Source of the DNA: an uncultured Poribacteria bacterium
GTDB taxonomy: Bacteria; Poribacteria; WGA-4E; WGA-3G
Direction: 5' to 3'
DNA: 64,000 nucleotides
Assembly: GCA_951813565.1 (NCBI GenBank)
Contig: OX638351.1
Location: 4,448,001-4,512,000 of the forward strand
A program made the position numbers and the translations under genes. Shown piece after piece: positions 18,792 through 27,914 of this stretch. Positions within the stretch are counted from its first letter, which is position 1, and the number at the start of each line of letters is the position of its first letter. Under the pieces are notes generated by a model. It was not told the origin of the DNA, did not search any database, and saw only the letters and a program-made list of their open reading frames with translations.

Positions 18792-19432
18792 GAATTAAAT
18801 TTATTAACCAACTCGTTTACATCGCACTAATTTTCTCGGTGTTGATGTGTTTTGGTTGTTTAGAAACAGACGAAATCGCTGATGTTTTAACACCAGATCC
18901 GCAAGACACCAACGTTATGACACCTGAACCACCAATGGAGACGACACCTGAACCAGAACCGTTGGATCCAGGAGAAGGATTGGCAATCGGTGCAACAGCA
19001 CCAGCATTTTCGCTTCCAGACGCTGATGGCAATACCGTTATGCTCTCCGATTATGCTGGTCAAAAGGTCGTAATTCAGTTTTATTCAACTGGGTTGTGAC
19101 CGGTCTGTCAAGGGCAACTCAGGGAGTTGCGAGATGGATATCAAGGTATTAAAGATGCGGGTGCTGCAGAACTAATTACAATTAGTGGGGATACGCAGTT
19201 TGGAGCGTCTAACACGCGTAATGATTTGGGATTAACTTTCCCAGTGCTTTCAGACTCAGATTTTGAAGCTATTGAGGCATACAACGTACTTGATCAAGGA
19301 AGTATGAATTGGGCAAATCCTTCAGCATTTATTATAAATGAAGAGGGAATAATTGTGTGGACAGATATTGGACGCAGGTTCGGTCATCGTACTACTTCAA
19401 CGCAGATTATCACAGCATTGCAAGGATTGTAG
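18788..19432 (+). CDS. Selenocysteine-containing AhpC/TSA (peroxiredoxin-like) lipoprotein, 214 aa
   Basis: Track ORFs 18788-19099 and 19127-19432 are in the same frame, joined through TGA 19097-19099: FYSTGL-U-PVCQGQL (UxxC). G..APAFSLPD and ITISGD motifs; lipobox-like CFGC. Confidence 0.9.
19114..19130 (+). promoter_or_regulatory. Putative bacterial SECIS hairpin
   Basis: Perfect 7-bp stem GCAACUC-AGG-GAGUUGC, loop starting 22 nt after the UGA. Confidence 0.8.
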
Positions 19433-19820
19433 ATGTTCTGATATAAAAGTACAATCTACCTTTGATTTATATTCTGCACAGGAAACTTGTACAAATTCTG
19501 TTAGTCCCGATTCCAGTTTTTGGCGACGCGGATGGACATAAACTGAAAATAAACAGTATTTACGGGCGATTCGGTGCGGTTAGGAAACCGCACCAAGGGT
19601 ACTTAGTGGTAACGACTTTTCATTTATAACCTAAGTTGCTACGGACAAGATTTCAAGCTTGTAGACATTGCTTTTTACTGAAAAACAAGGATTTCCAGCT
19701 AATTCTTATGCTTTCTTTTTTAAATCGGGGTTAGAAACCCCTCCTACAAGAGCATTCGCGATATAGGTAGCAACTTGGGTATTTATAGTAAAATCTAAAA
19801 ACACCTTTACATTTTCTTAA

Positions 19821-20201
19821 CTATACTTTGGACAATTTTAGCTGTTTTCGTGAGGTTGGGTTAGACAGAAACATCTTAGAAATAGATATAGTTTTCATAT
19901 TGGACACCTGTCACCCCGCTGGGGCTGAAGAGGGTTGTTTACCGCGTTTCTATACACCTATCGCCCCGCTGGGGCTGCCCAAAAGGTGTTTTTGGACGAG
20001 TTCTTTCAGCCAGCAAAATCGCAGAAAATATAAATACTATAAGATGACACCTTAGCCCCAGCGGGGCGACAGGTGTATAGAAGAAGGTAATTGCCGCTGT
20101 CTAAAGCCCCAGCGGGGCGACAGGTGTCCAATATTTTGCTTTGGACACCTAACAGTTTCTCAGCAAGTCCTCAAACAGTATGTAAATTGTCCAAACTATA
20201 G
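19821..20201. mobile_element. 381-bp MITE, copy 2 (8-bp TSD)
   Basis: Near-identical to 16210-16590, same orientation. TSD TTTCTTAA. Confidence 0.9.
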
Positions 20202-20352
20202 TTTCTTAAGGTTAGCGGCGTTTAATGTGAATGCCATACGGGGAATGCCAAAAGGCATTCGGACCGTTGATTTGGCGCATTCACCAAGCGCAATTCATTG
20301 CGCCTCTTCCTGTAGGAGCGACCTCCAGGTCGCGACTTTAAATAGGATAAAC

Positions 20353-21126
20353 TCAAGAAGCATCAACTGCCGCAAAGAAATCAGCATTTGACGCACTAAA
20401 CCCATACTGCTGTTCTACTTCCCTAATTGCGATCTCTGTTGTAAAGAAGTTATCGTAAGTATCAGGAAACTCCACGCCTGTGGTGGCATCGCGCAGTAAA
20501 ATGATATTATATCCATACCGCGCCATAGAACGGATACCGTAATCCCTCCCCAAAACACACCAATTCGTTGCAAAACCAGCAAAGATGAGATGTAGGATAC
20601 GCTTTTCTTCAAGCAACTCGTGCAATTGCTGTCCTGTGGCAATGACAAATTCTTCGTCTCGGACATCAATTGCAGGGGACATAGAGAGTTGCGATGCAAG
20701 TTTATCCCAATGGACGCCGATACCCGGTGGTTGACTACGAGGACCGCGATAAACGTCATAGTCACCTTCTCTGCCTCGGAAATTAGCAGGCGGCCACGTG
20801 GAAGGCGCGGAGGGTTCGGGTGGTTTGTGCCGTTCAAGTTGTGGATACTGCGCTGCCACTGAGGGGGAAGGAGCATGAACGATTGTCAAACCCGCTTTCC
20901 TCGCAGCATCTATGACAGGCACAACACAATCAACTGTTACCTGTTTTGCGCGTTCTATCCAAGTTTCAATGAAATGCACGTTCCATAAATCAACGAGAAC
21001 CAATGCAGTCTCATCGACTGGCAACGGCATTTCAAATTCACGACGGATAAAGGCAGTTTCACGGCACGGTACATCTGCTGGTGTGCTATCTTGAAAATAT
21101 CGGACTCGCAGATTTAGCGTTTTCAT
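20353..21126 (-). CDS. Isochorismatase/cysteine hydrolase family protein
   Basis: ALVLVDLW, LIFAGFATNWCV, LLRDAT. Confidence 0.8.
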   Translation of the reverse strand: MKTLNLRVRYFQDSTPADVPCRETAFIRREFEMPLPVDETALVLVDLWNVHFIETWIERAKQVTVDCVVPVIDAARKAGLTIVHAPSPSVAAQYPQLERHKPPEPSAPSTWPPANFRGREGDYDVYRGPRSQPPGIGVHWDKLASQLSMSPAIDVRDEEFVIATGQQLHELLEEKRILHLIFAGFATNWCVLGRDYGIRSMARYGYNIILLRDATTGVEFPDTYDNFFTTEIAIREVEQQYGFSASNADFFAAVDAS

Positions 21127-23270
21127 TCTGGCACCTCAAACAGCGAATCGTCAAGTTCAGCGTTCAACTTGACACTGTTGAAACGATTATCGGTATATAG
21201 TTCACCATTCACGTTTTGCACAACGTGGAAAGCGAATTTAACGCCCTCAACGTCTCGAAAATCGGAAAACATAGTTTCTATGTCCATCGTCACACCTTGT
21301 TCTGTCTCGCGAAAGGCTAACTTAACCACATAATGGGTATCCTCACTGATGAAAACCTTAACCATTTCGCCTGAAGGCTGCTTGACAAGTAAAACAGAAG
21401 TTGGTTTTCCGTCTACTTCTCCTGTTCCTGCGTATTGAATTGGAACATCGTTCTCTGTAAGGTGTACCAGGAGTGGAACTGTGTCTCTGAAAATAGCATT
21501 TTTCAAGGACGTCACCATTTCAGGTGGTAAAGGTTGCGTGCCCGTTGGTGACATGGCAAAGGCAGCTTCACCATCAAACACGATACTGATTTCGCCCTGA
21601 GGTGTAACGATATTTTGCCGCATTTTATCCGGATAGACCTGATATAGGACAACTTTTAAATCCATTTGTCCCATTGGCGTATATCTGATAGTTTGCGAAT
21701 CCGCAACAACATTTTTCACCGCATTCAACTTTTCAAGTCCGCCGTGTGCTTCAACAGATGCCGCAAGAATTTTTCTAGCTTTTGCAACGTCCATCTCACT
21801 TGCTTCAGGCATCGGTTCAGCAGGTGGGGGTTCAGGTTGTTTTATCTTAATCTCATTGACTTCTCCGAATTCGCTCAACGGTCGGTCAAAGTTATCCTGA
21901 TTTCCGACAGTGACAATCGTAAGTGCATCAGGATGTAAATATTTTTGAGCAACAGCCTGTACATCTTCCGCTGTGACCTTCGCGATGTTGTCTGTATAGG
22001 TTTCAAGGAAGTCTGGTGCGAATCCACGATAAGCAAGCATCATCTGCTGAAATGCGATTTGAGAACTGCTCTCAAATCCAAATACAAACGAATTGATGAG
22101 CGAATCCTTAGTAAGCTGTAGTTCTTCCGCTGATACAGGATTTTCACCCAGGTCACGAACTATACTGATGATAAGTGAAATTGCTTCGGCAGTTTTTTCT
22201 GAGCGTGTTTGGGAATATGCAAACCATTCACCCGGGTTGGTGTAGAAGCTTGTTTGCATTAAACTTCCGACCATATAGGCGAGGCCGTGTTTTTCGCGCA
22301 CCTCCTTCATCAAACGAGAGGTAAAGCCACCTTCTCCCAAAATGTCGTTCATGACACGAAGGGCAAAGAAATCAGGGAAATCTGGAGTTCGTTTAATGCC
22401 AAAATGTCCAATCAACATTGTTGTCTGTGGTAAATCCTTCAGAATATAGTTGACTGAAGGTTTTGGGGCGTTTTCAACGGCAGCAATGTGCGGAAATTCT
22501 ATCTCACTGTTTTCCCATCCTTCAAACACTTTCTCAATTTGTGCAATCAACGTGTCTGTCTCAAAATCGCCAGTAATTGCAAGCATGATATTATTTGGCT
22601 GATAGTATTTGGCATGGAATGCTTTGAGATTGTCTACTGCAATGCTCTCTACGTCCTCAATTTCAGAGTACCATCCGAATGGGTGATCTGTACCGTAAAG
22701 TATGGCTGAGAAGTTACGCCATGCCAATTGGATAGGGTTGTCGTTTCTTCTACGAATACCTTCAATTGCTTGCTGTTTGCGGAGTTCAAGTTTGTCTTCT
22801 CTGAACGCGGGGTTTCGTAACACATCAGCGAAGATTTCTAATCCTTTTTCAATATCCTCCGCCATCGTTGAAAGACTCACCGAACCGTATTCAGGAGACA
22901 TGCCGACCTCAACAGAAGCCGCCATAGATTCCAATTCTTCGTTCAATGCATCCGGTTCTCGCGATATAGTGCCGCCGGTTCGCATGACACTTGCACAAAT
23001 TGATGCTAACCCAATTTTATCTGCAGGGTCATAGATCGTGCCTGTTTTGACTAATCCGCTGATGTCAAACACTGGTAATTCGTGGTCCTCAAGTAGATAT
23101 AGGACCATTCCATTGGAAAGTTCATGTCTTTGTGGTACAGGCGGTTTGAACTGAATAGGTTCAAATGTTAGTTCTTCATGCGGTTTAGCACACAATGGCA
23201 GGCTGCCCGAAACGATAAGACAGGTAATAAAGACGGCTATGAAAAGTCCATTCGTAATCTGTTTCTGCAT
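21123..23270 (-). CDS. M16 peptidase, non-catalytic subunit with extra C-terminal beta-rich domain; secreted
   Basis: Signal peptide, LSNGM..YL.EDHELP, SRLMKEVREKHGLAY, no HxxEH. Confidence 0.85.
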   Translation of the reverse strand: MQKQITNGLFIAVFITCLIVSGSLPLCAKPHEELTFEPIQFKPPVPQRHELSNGMVLYLLEDHELPVFDISGLVKTGTIYDPADKIGLASICASVMRTGGTISREPDALNEELESMAASVEVGMSPEYGSVSLSTMAEDIEKGLEIFADVLRNPAFREDKLELRKQQAIEGIRRRNDNPIQLAWRNFSAILYGTDHPFGWYSEIEDVESIAVDNLKAFHAKYYQPNNIMLAITGDFETDTLIAQIEKVFEGWENSEIEFPHIAAVENAPKPSVNYILKDLPQTTMLIGHFGIKRTPDFPDFFALRVMNDILGEGGFTSRLMKEVREKHGLAYMVGSLMQTSFYTNPGEWFAYSQTRSEKTAEAISLIISIVRDLGENPVSAEELQLTKDSLINSFVFGFESSSQIAFQQMMLAYRGFAPDFLETYTDNIAKVTAEDVQAVAQKYLHPDALTIVTVGNQDNFDRPLSEFGEVNEIKIKQPEPPPAEPMPEASEMDVAKARKILAASVEAHGGLEKLNAVKNVVADSQTIRYTPMGQMDLKVVLYQVYPDKMRQNIVTPQGEISIVFDGEAAFAMSPTGTQPLPPEMVTSLKNAIFRDTVPLLVHLTENDVPIQYAGTGEVDGKPTSVLLVKQPSGEMVKVFISEDTHYVVKLAFRETEQGVTMDIETMFSDFRDVEGVKFAFHVVQNVNGELYTDNRFNSVKLNAELDDSLFEVPE

Positions 23271-24787
23271 TATTCACTATCCTCCTCGTCGGTACTTTCA
23301 GATGCAATAGGTTCCTTCTTAACAAGTGTAGCGACAGTACGGTTGCTCTTCTTAAAATAGGTTTGTGCTACTCTCATGATGTCATCAGGTGTGATTTCAT
23401 ACATCTTTTTTCGCCAGTTGAGTATATACCGCCAGTCGCCAGCAATGCCTTCATAGAAAGCGAGTTGGTTTGCCATTCCGGCGTTTGAACTCAGTGCACG
23501 GATGAAGCTTGCATCAATCTGTTTAAGGATACGTTTAAATTCCTTTTCTGCAACAGGTTCCGTTTTCAGTTTTTCCAGTTGGGCATAAATTGCTTCCTCC
23601 ACGTCAGCGGTCGTGTTCGGTGAGCGAGGGGTAGCACTAACCACAAAGAGATTATCGTAACGAGCACCGGGGTATCCGTTTATGGAATTAGCAGAAACGG
23701 CGATGCTTTCCTCAACAATATTTTTGTAAAAACGAGATGTGCGTCCATCCGAGAGAATTGCACTGATCATGTCCAGAACGTAATCGTCAAAATGCGGGAT
23801 TGTCGGTTTATGGAATCCGATCATCATTTGTGGTTCAGCGTCAAATTCTACTTCAATCCGCCGTTCACCTTCTTGTGCGGGTTCACGAACAGTGACCTCA
23901 TCAGGAAGCGGTTGCGATGGAATATCACCAAAATATTTTTCGATGAGTTTGATGGTGTTTTCGATGTTAATATCTCCGACAATAACCATCACGGAGTTAT
24001 TCGGTGCGTAGTGGATACGGAAAAATTCCTCTGCTTTATTACGGTTTAACATCGCGATGTCGGAGGGCCATCCAATAATCGGCATTCCGTAGGGGTGGGC
24101 AGTAAAGGACGCAGCAATAAACTGTTCATATAGTTTGCCACCGGGGCGCGTATCTACAGCCATGCGGCGCTCCTCTTTAACTGCTTCACGTTCGACATAA
24201 AATTCGCGTAGCACAGCGTTTTTAAGCCGGTCAGATTCAAGCATTGCCCACAATTCTAATTTGTTAGATGGTAGTTCCACTGTGTAAATCGTATAGTCTA
24301 CAGAGGTGCCTGCATTGAATCCGGTGCTACCGTGTTGCGTATAGATTTCGGTGTATTCGCCAGAAACAACCCATTCTTTCGCAGCTTTTTGTTGTGTTTT
24401 AAGTGCCGCTTCCAGCTCGGCAATTTTTTCTGCGTCTGCCCTCACACCTTTTGCACGTTCCATGTCTAATGCGTCACCTATATTATCAATTTCGGCAAGC
24501 ACGACTTTTTCTTTTTCATAGTCAGTCGTACCGATTGTTTTTGTGCCTTTGAACAACATGTGTTCAAGCATGTGTGCGATACCGCGTGCATCGTCTGATT
24601 CATCTACGGAACCTGCTTTAAAGAGTATGTATGGCGCGACAGTAGGCGAAGTGTGACGTTCAATCATCAATAGTTTTAAACCGTTTGGGAAAGTGTGTTC
24701 CACCACCCGGTCTGCAAGGTTTTGCGCTGATGCTATTCCGTGTAATGCGACAAGGAACAGAATCAGTAGATAACGTATCTGTTTCAT
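23270..24787 (-). CDS. M16 (pitrilysin) zinc peptidase, catalytic subunit; secreted
   Basis: GIAHMLEHMLFKGT, NAGTS.D.T.Y, EERR. Signal peptide from MKQIRY. Confidence 0.92.
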   Translation of the reverse strand: MKQIRYLLILFLVALHGIASAQNLADRVVEHTFPNGLKLLMIERHTSPTVAPYILFKAGSVDESDDARGIAHMLEHMLFKGTKTIGTTDYEKEKVVLAEIDNIGDALDMERAKGVRADAEKIAELEAALKTQQKAAKEWVVSGEYTEIYTQHGSTGFNAGTSVDYTIYTVELPSNKLELWAMLESDRLKNAVLREFYVEREAVKEERRMAVDTRPGGKLYEQFIAASFTAHPYGMPIIGWPSDIAMLNRNKAEEFFRIHYAPNNSVMVIVGDINIENTIKLIEKYFGDIPSQPLPDEVTVREPAQEGERRIEVEFDAEPQMMIGFHKPTIPHFDDYVLDMISAILSDGRTSRFYKNIVEESIAVSANSINGYPGARYDNLFVVSATPRSPNTTADVEEAIYAQLEKLKTEPVAEKEFKRILKQIDASFIRALSSNAGMANQLAFYEGIAGDWRYILNWRKKMYEITPDDIMRVAQTYFKKSNRTVATLVKKEPIASESTDEEDSE

Positions 24788-25024
24788 TTTTATATCACGG
24801 CATATTTCATTAATCAGTACAGAAACCGACAATGCCGTTCCTTTCTAATTGTAAAGTCTTCAGTATTTATAGTGAATTATGAAAAATCAATAGACATTTT
24901 CTCTTTCTGGTAGGCGAGGTTTCCTAACCTCGCTGATTGACAGTGCCAAGTAATTCAAAGTCTACCATAAAACTGGGCAATCAGTATTGTCAAATAAAAA
25001 AATGAAGACTATGAAAAACAAAAA

Positions 25025-25051
25025 GAAGCCCCGATGGAAAATCGGAGCTTC
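25025..25051 (-). terminator. Rho-independent terminator
   Basis: GAAGC..CCGAT/ATCGG..GCTTC hairpin followed by a T-run on the minus strand. Confidence 0.6.
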
Positions 25052-25058
25052 CAATTTC

Positions 25059-25316
25059 TTATTTTTTCTGAAGGTCGCCGAGTAACCCTACCAAGGCGAA
25101 TCTGATGTGTGAGGAGAGAGCAGAATTCTCTGCCCGAAGGTCAGCACCTTCTTCGTCAGGATACATCACATGTGCCGCGACAGCACGTTTGACCCATCGT
25201 TCCGCTCTGTCATCGTAAGGGATATATTTCTCTTTGGGGGCAGTGCAAGCTGGGCACTCATCTGGCGGCTCATCGGCTTCTTTCCACAAATAACCACAAG
25301 CTGTACAAACAAACAT
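25059..25316 (-). CDS. Rubredoxin-like domain protein
   Basis: CTACGY...PPDECPACTAPKEKY. Confidence 0.75.
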   Translation of the reverse strand: MFVCTACGYLWKEADEPPDECPACTAPKEKYIPYDDRAERWVKRAVAAHVMYPDEEGADLRAENSALSSHIRFALVGLLGDLQKK

Positions 25317-25500
25317 TGCAAATTCCTTTCTTTTTTAGCACTACGAAAGTGCATCTACAATACATAAGGAGATCAAAATCATAAATAATGTCATTGTAGC
25401 AAATTTTGCTTTGAAATGCAACGTTTAAATTATATGAAGATGTGCATAAAAAATCCAATGTTAAAAATTTGGCGTAGGTCGGGTAGAACGCAGTCAAACC

Positions 25501-25735
25501 CATAGGCGTCAATTTAAGGATAGATTTTCTTGTAGGAGTGAATCAACGCAGCATGCGCGTGTGGCATGCTGCGGGTTTGTAACCCCGATTTAATTAGTTT
25601 AGGTTCACAAAATCGGGGTTACAAACCCGACAAATCATGTAGAATGCCATGCGCGCATTCTACCAAGCGTATTTGGCGTTGATTCACTCCCACAAGAGAC
25701 AATCTGGTAATTATGTGCTTAAATTGACGCCTATG
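25501..25735. mobile_element. MITE with CATAGGCGTCAATTTAAG ends inserted in a REP; 19-bp DR
   Basis: Perfect 18-bp IR. DR GGTAGAACG(C/T)AGTCAAACC at 25482-25500 and 25736-25754. Confidence 0.85.
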
Positions 25736-25904
25736 GGTAGAACGTAGTCAAACCTCATAACCCTCAATTTAAGAATAACGCGTTTGTAGTCGCGCAATTC
25801 ATTGCCAAAAGCGTATTCCGCCAAAAGGCATTCATAGCGTTGATTTGGGTGTCACTTACGCTCTACCCAACCACAGACTGATTAAGTTGACCTCCACCTA
25901 CGGT

Positions 25905-27071
25905 TTAGGAAGGTTTTTCAGCTTCGCTCTCTGCTGCAGCCTGACGTTCCAACTCTCCACGCCAACCTAAAACCATTCCAGACTTGATATGGTTAATATC
26001 GAAACCTGTGTATCGGTCTTCAAGGGTATCGCCAAGTTTTTGGGTTTCTTTCCAGCGATCCCATGCGGTTTTCATCCATTCGTGTGGTAATGCTTCTCTC
26101 ACTGCAGGATCAAGCTGCCAAGCGTGCCGCACATCCGCCACTGACGGTTCCTCGGTAGATTCACCGGACCACTTTGACCATCCGATTGACAATGTATTCC
26201 GTTCTCTCTCTGGAACGGTATGTCCTGTATGGATCGTGGCACCATTCCGGATAAGTGCTTCCCCTGCTTTCAACCGAATTGCTACTTGTCCTGGCAATGG
26301 ATCGGAACCGTTCCAACTGGGTGTATGTGGGACACCTTGATCCTTCATCGATTTTGGCAGGAGCACATCATGCTCAAAAGGGGTTCGCCAACGATCATGG
26401 CTACCGGGAACAAGTTCATGGCATTCATCGTCTGCGAGTGCCAAAAACATGCCCACACCGTTGCGTTCCTTGAGATTTTTTGCGTTGTTTTCGCGAATTT
26501 CTTTCCAGCGAATCCTTTCTACCTCCTCGGAATACGCTTCAGGTCCATCGCCTCGGACTTCACGTTGGGCAAAGTAACTTTTTCCTGTCCCCCACCACGT
26601 TACATCTCTGTGCCAACCGAGTTTATTTTCATGCGTGCGTGGATTCGCCCACAGAAGAATTCCTCTAAATGTCAGGTCTTCAGGTTGAAGTCCATCACAC
26701 CATGAAGCAACGAAGTCTAAGAAATCTGTTGAACCGTGGAATTCAGCAAAACAAGATTCTCCAAAAGCTGGATGAATAATTCCGCGAATTGCCCACGGTT
26801 GTTCTTGTCCTGTCCGATGGACATACCCCTTTGAACAGTCAACTACATCATACTTGTTTTCAGGAGCACATGCCTCTGTAACACGTCGTCCTGCCTCTCT
26901 AAGAATGGGAATCCAAGGATTATCAACAAAGTCGTTAATTATGACAAAACCGTGTTCCTTCAAGTGAGCTAAACGTTCTGGTGTGGCGCCGGGTGCTGAA
27001 TGTTCAGGGTTGAAATCAGCAAAAGCAGGCGCGCGATACGTTTCCGTGCCTGGTGATTCATTAGCGTTCAT
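25905..27071 (-). CDS. PhyH-family dioxygenase-like protein
   Basis: HGFVII, GWHRD, LVPGSH, LKAGEA.....TIHTG. Confidence 0.75.
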   Translation of the reverse strand: MNANESPGTETYRAPAFADFNPEHSAPGATPERLAHLKEHGFVIINDFVDNPWIPILREAGRRVTEACAPENKYDVVDCSKGYVHRTGQEQPWAIRGIIHPAFGESCFAEFHGSTDFLDFVASWCDGLQPEDLTFRGILLWANPRTHENKLGWHRDVTWWGTGKSYFAQREVRGDGPEAYSEEVERIRWKEIRENNAKNLKERNGVGMFLALADDECHELVPGSHDRWRTPFEHDVLLPKSMKDQGVPHTPSWNGSDPLPGQVAIRLKAGEALIRNGATIHTGHTVPERERNTLSIGWSKWSGESTEEPSVADVRHAWQLDPAVREALPHEWMKTAWDRWKETQKLGDTLEDRYTGFDINHIKSGMVLGWRGELERQAAAESEAEKPS

Positions 27072-27240
27072 TTACATTTCCTCCTTTCGGTGTGTGCCGA
27101 GAATGTGTTGCACCGAAGTCAGTTTTAAATGTATAAGTGATAAACCAAATCTCATTCTTTGTTACCAAGGTGTCAGAATTATGACATTAAATTGTAACTT
27201 TGTCAAATTTACCGTATCAATTGTCCCAAAATGTATCTGG

Positions 27241-27905
27241 GGGTGTGTAAATATTTGGTTACATAGGTTCAATTTGCAATGATTACGCGGCGTTTTCCAC
27301 TGTAGAGCGGGGTCCCGGGGAATGCCATAAGGCATTCATACCGTTGATTTGGTGCCCCATAGCCGTCAATTTAAGGATATACCCTCTTGTGGGAGTGAAT
27401 CAACGCAGCATGCGCCAAATCAACGGTATGAATGCCTGTTGGCATTCCCCGTATGGCATGCTGCCAAATCAACGCCAAATGCGCTTTTTGGCATTTGTCC
27501 AAATCAACGCAGCATGCGCGTTTGGCATGCTGCGGGTTTTCAACCCCGATAAATACATATAAATCGGGCTTATAAAGCCCTCCCACAAGAGGCAATCTGG
27601 TAATTGTGTGCTTAAATTGATGCCTATGGGCGGGGTCCCGGGGAATGCCATAAGGCATTCATACCGTTGATTTGGTGCCCCGCCACTGCGCAGGACGTGC
27701 CATGCAACGGGCAGGCACCAAATCAAGAAATCAACGGTATGAACCATGGCGAATGCCATACGGGGAATGCCAACAGGCATTCATACCGTTGATTTGGCGC
27801 ATTCGTCTTTAGTCATTCACCGGGTCCGAATGCCTTTTGGCATTCCCCGGAGACCCGCCCCTACAACAGGAGTTGTGCGGATTTCTACAAAAACTTTACA
27901 CACCC
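27241..27905 (+). mobile_element. ISKra4-end MITE, copy 2 (665 bp, expanded by nested insertions), 9-bp TSD
   Basis: Same ends and body as 7610-7858. TSD TGTATCTGG at 27232-27240 and 27906-27914. Confidence 0.9.
27358..27628. mobile_element. CATAG-end MITE nested in the above, 52-bp DR
   Basis: IR CATAGCCGTCAATTTAAG/CTTAAATTGATGCCTATG. DR at 27306-27357 and 27629-27680. Confidence 0.85.
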
Positions 27906-27914
27906 TGTATCTGG

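Noticed and set aside
14204..19099. Three TGA codons as nonsense pseudogenes or genetic code 4/25
   Set aside because: All three fall on a catalytic Cys position with a downstream hairpin, while TGA ends ordinary genes elsewhere (29346, 32433, 45283).
16210..20201. Composite transposon that delivered the sulfatase operon
   Set aside because: Each MITE has its own distinct TSD, so they inserted independently.
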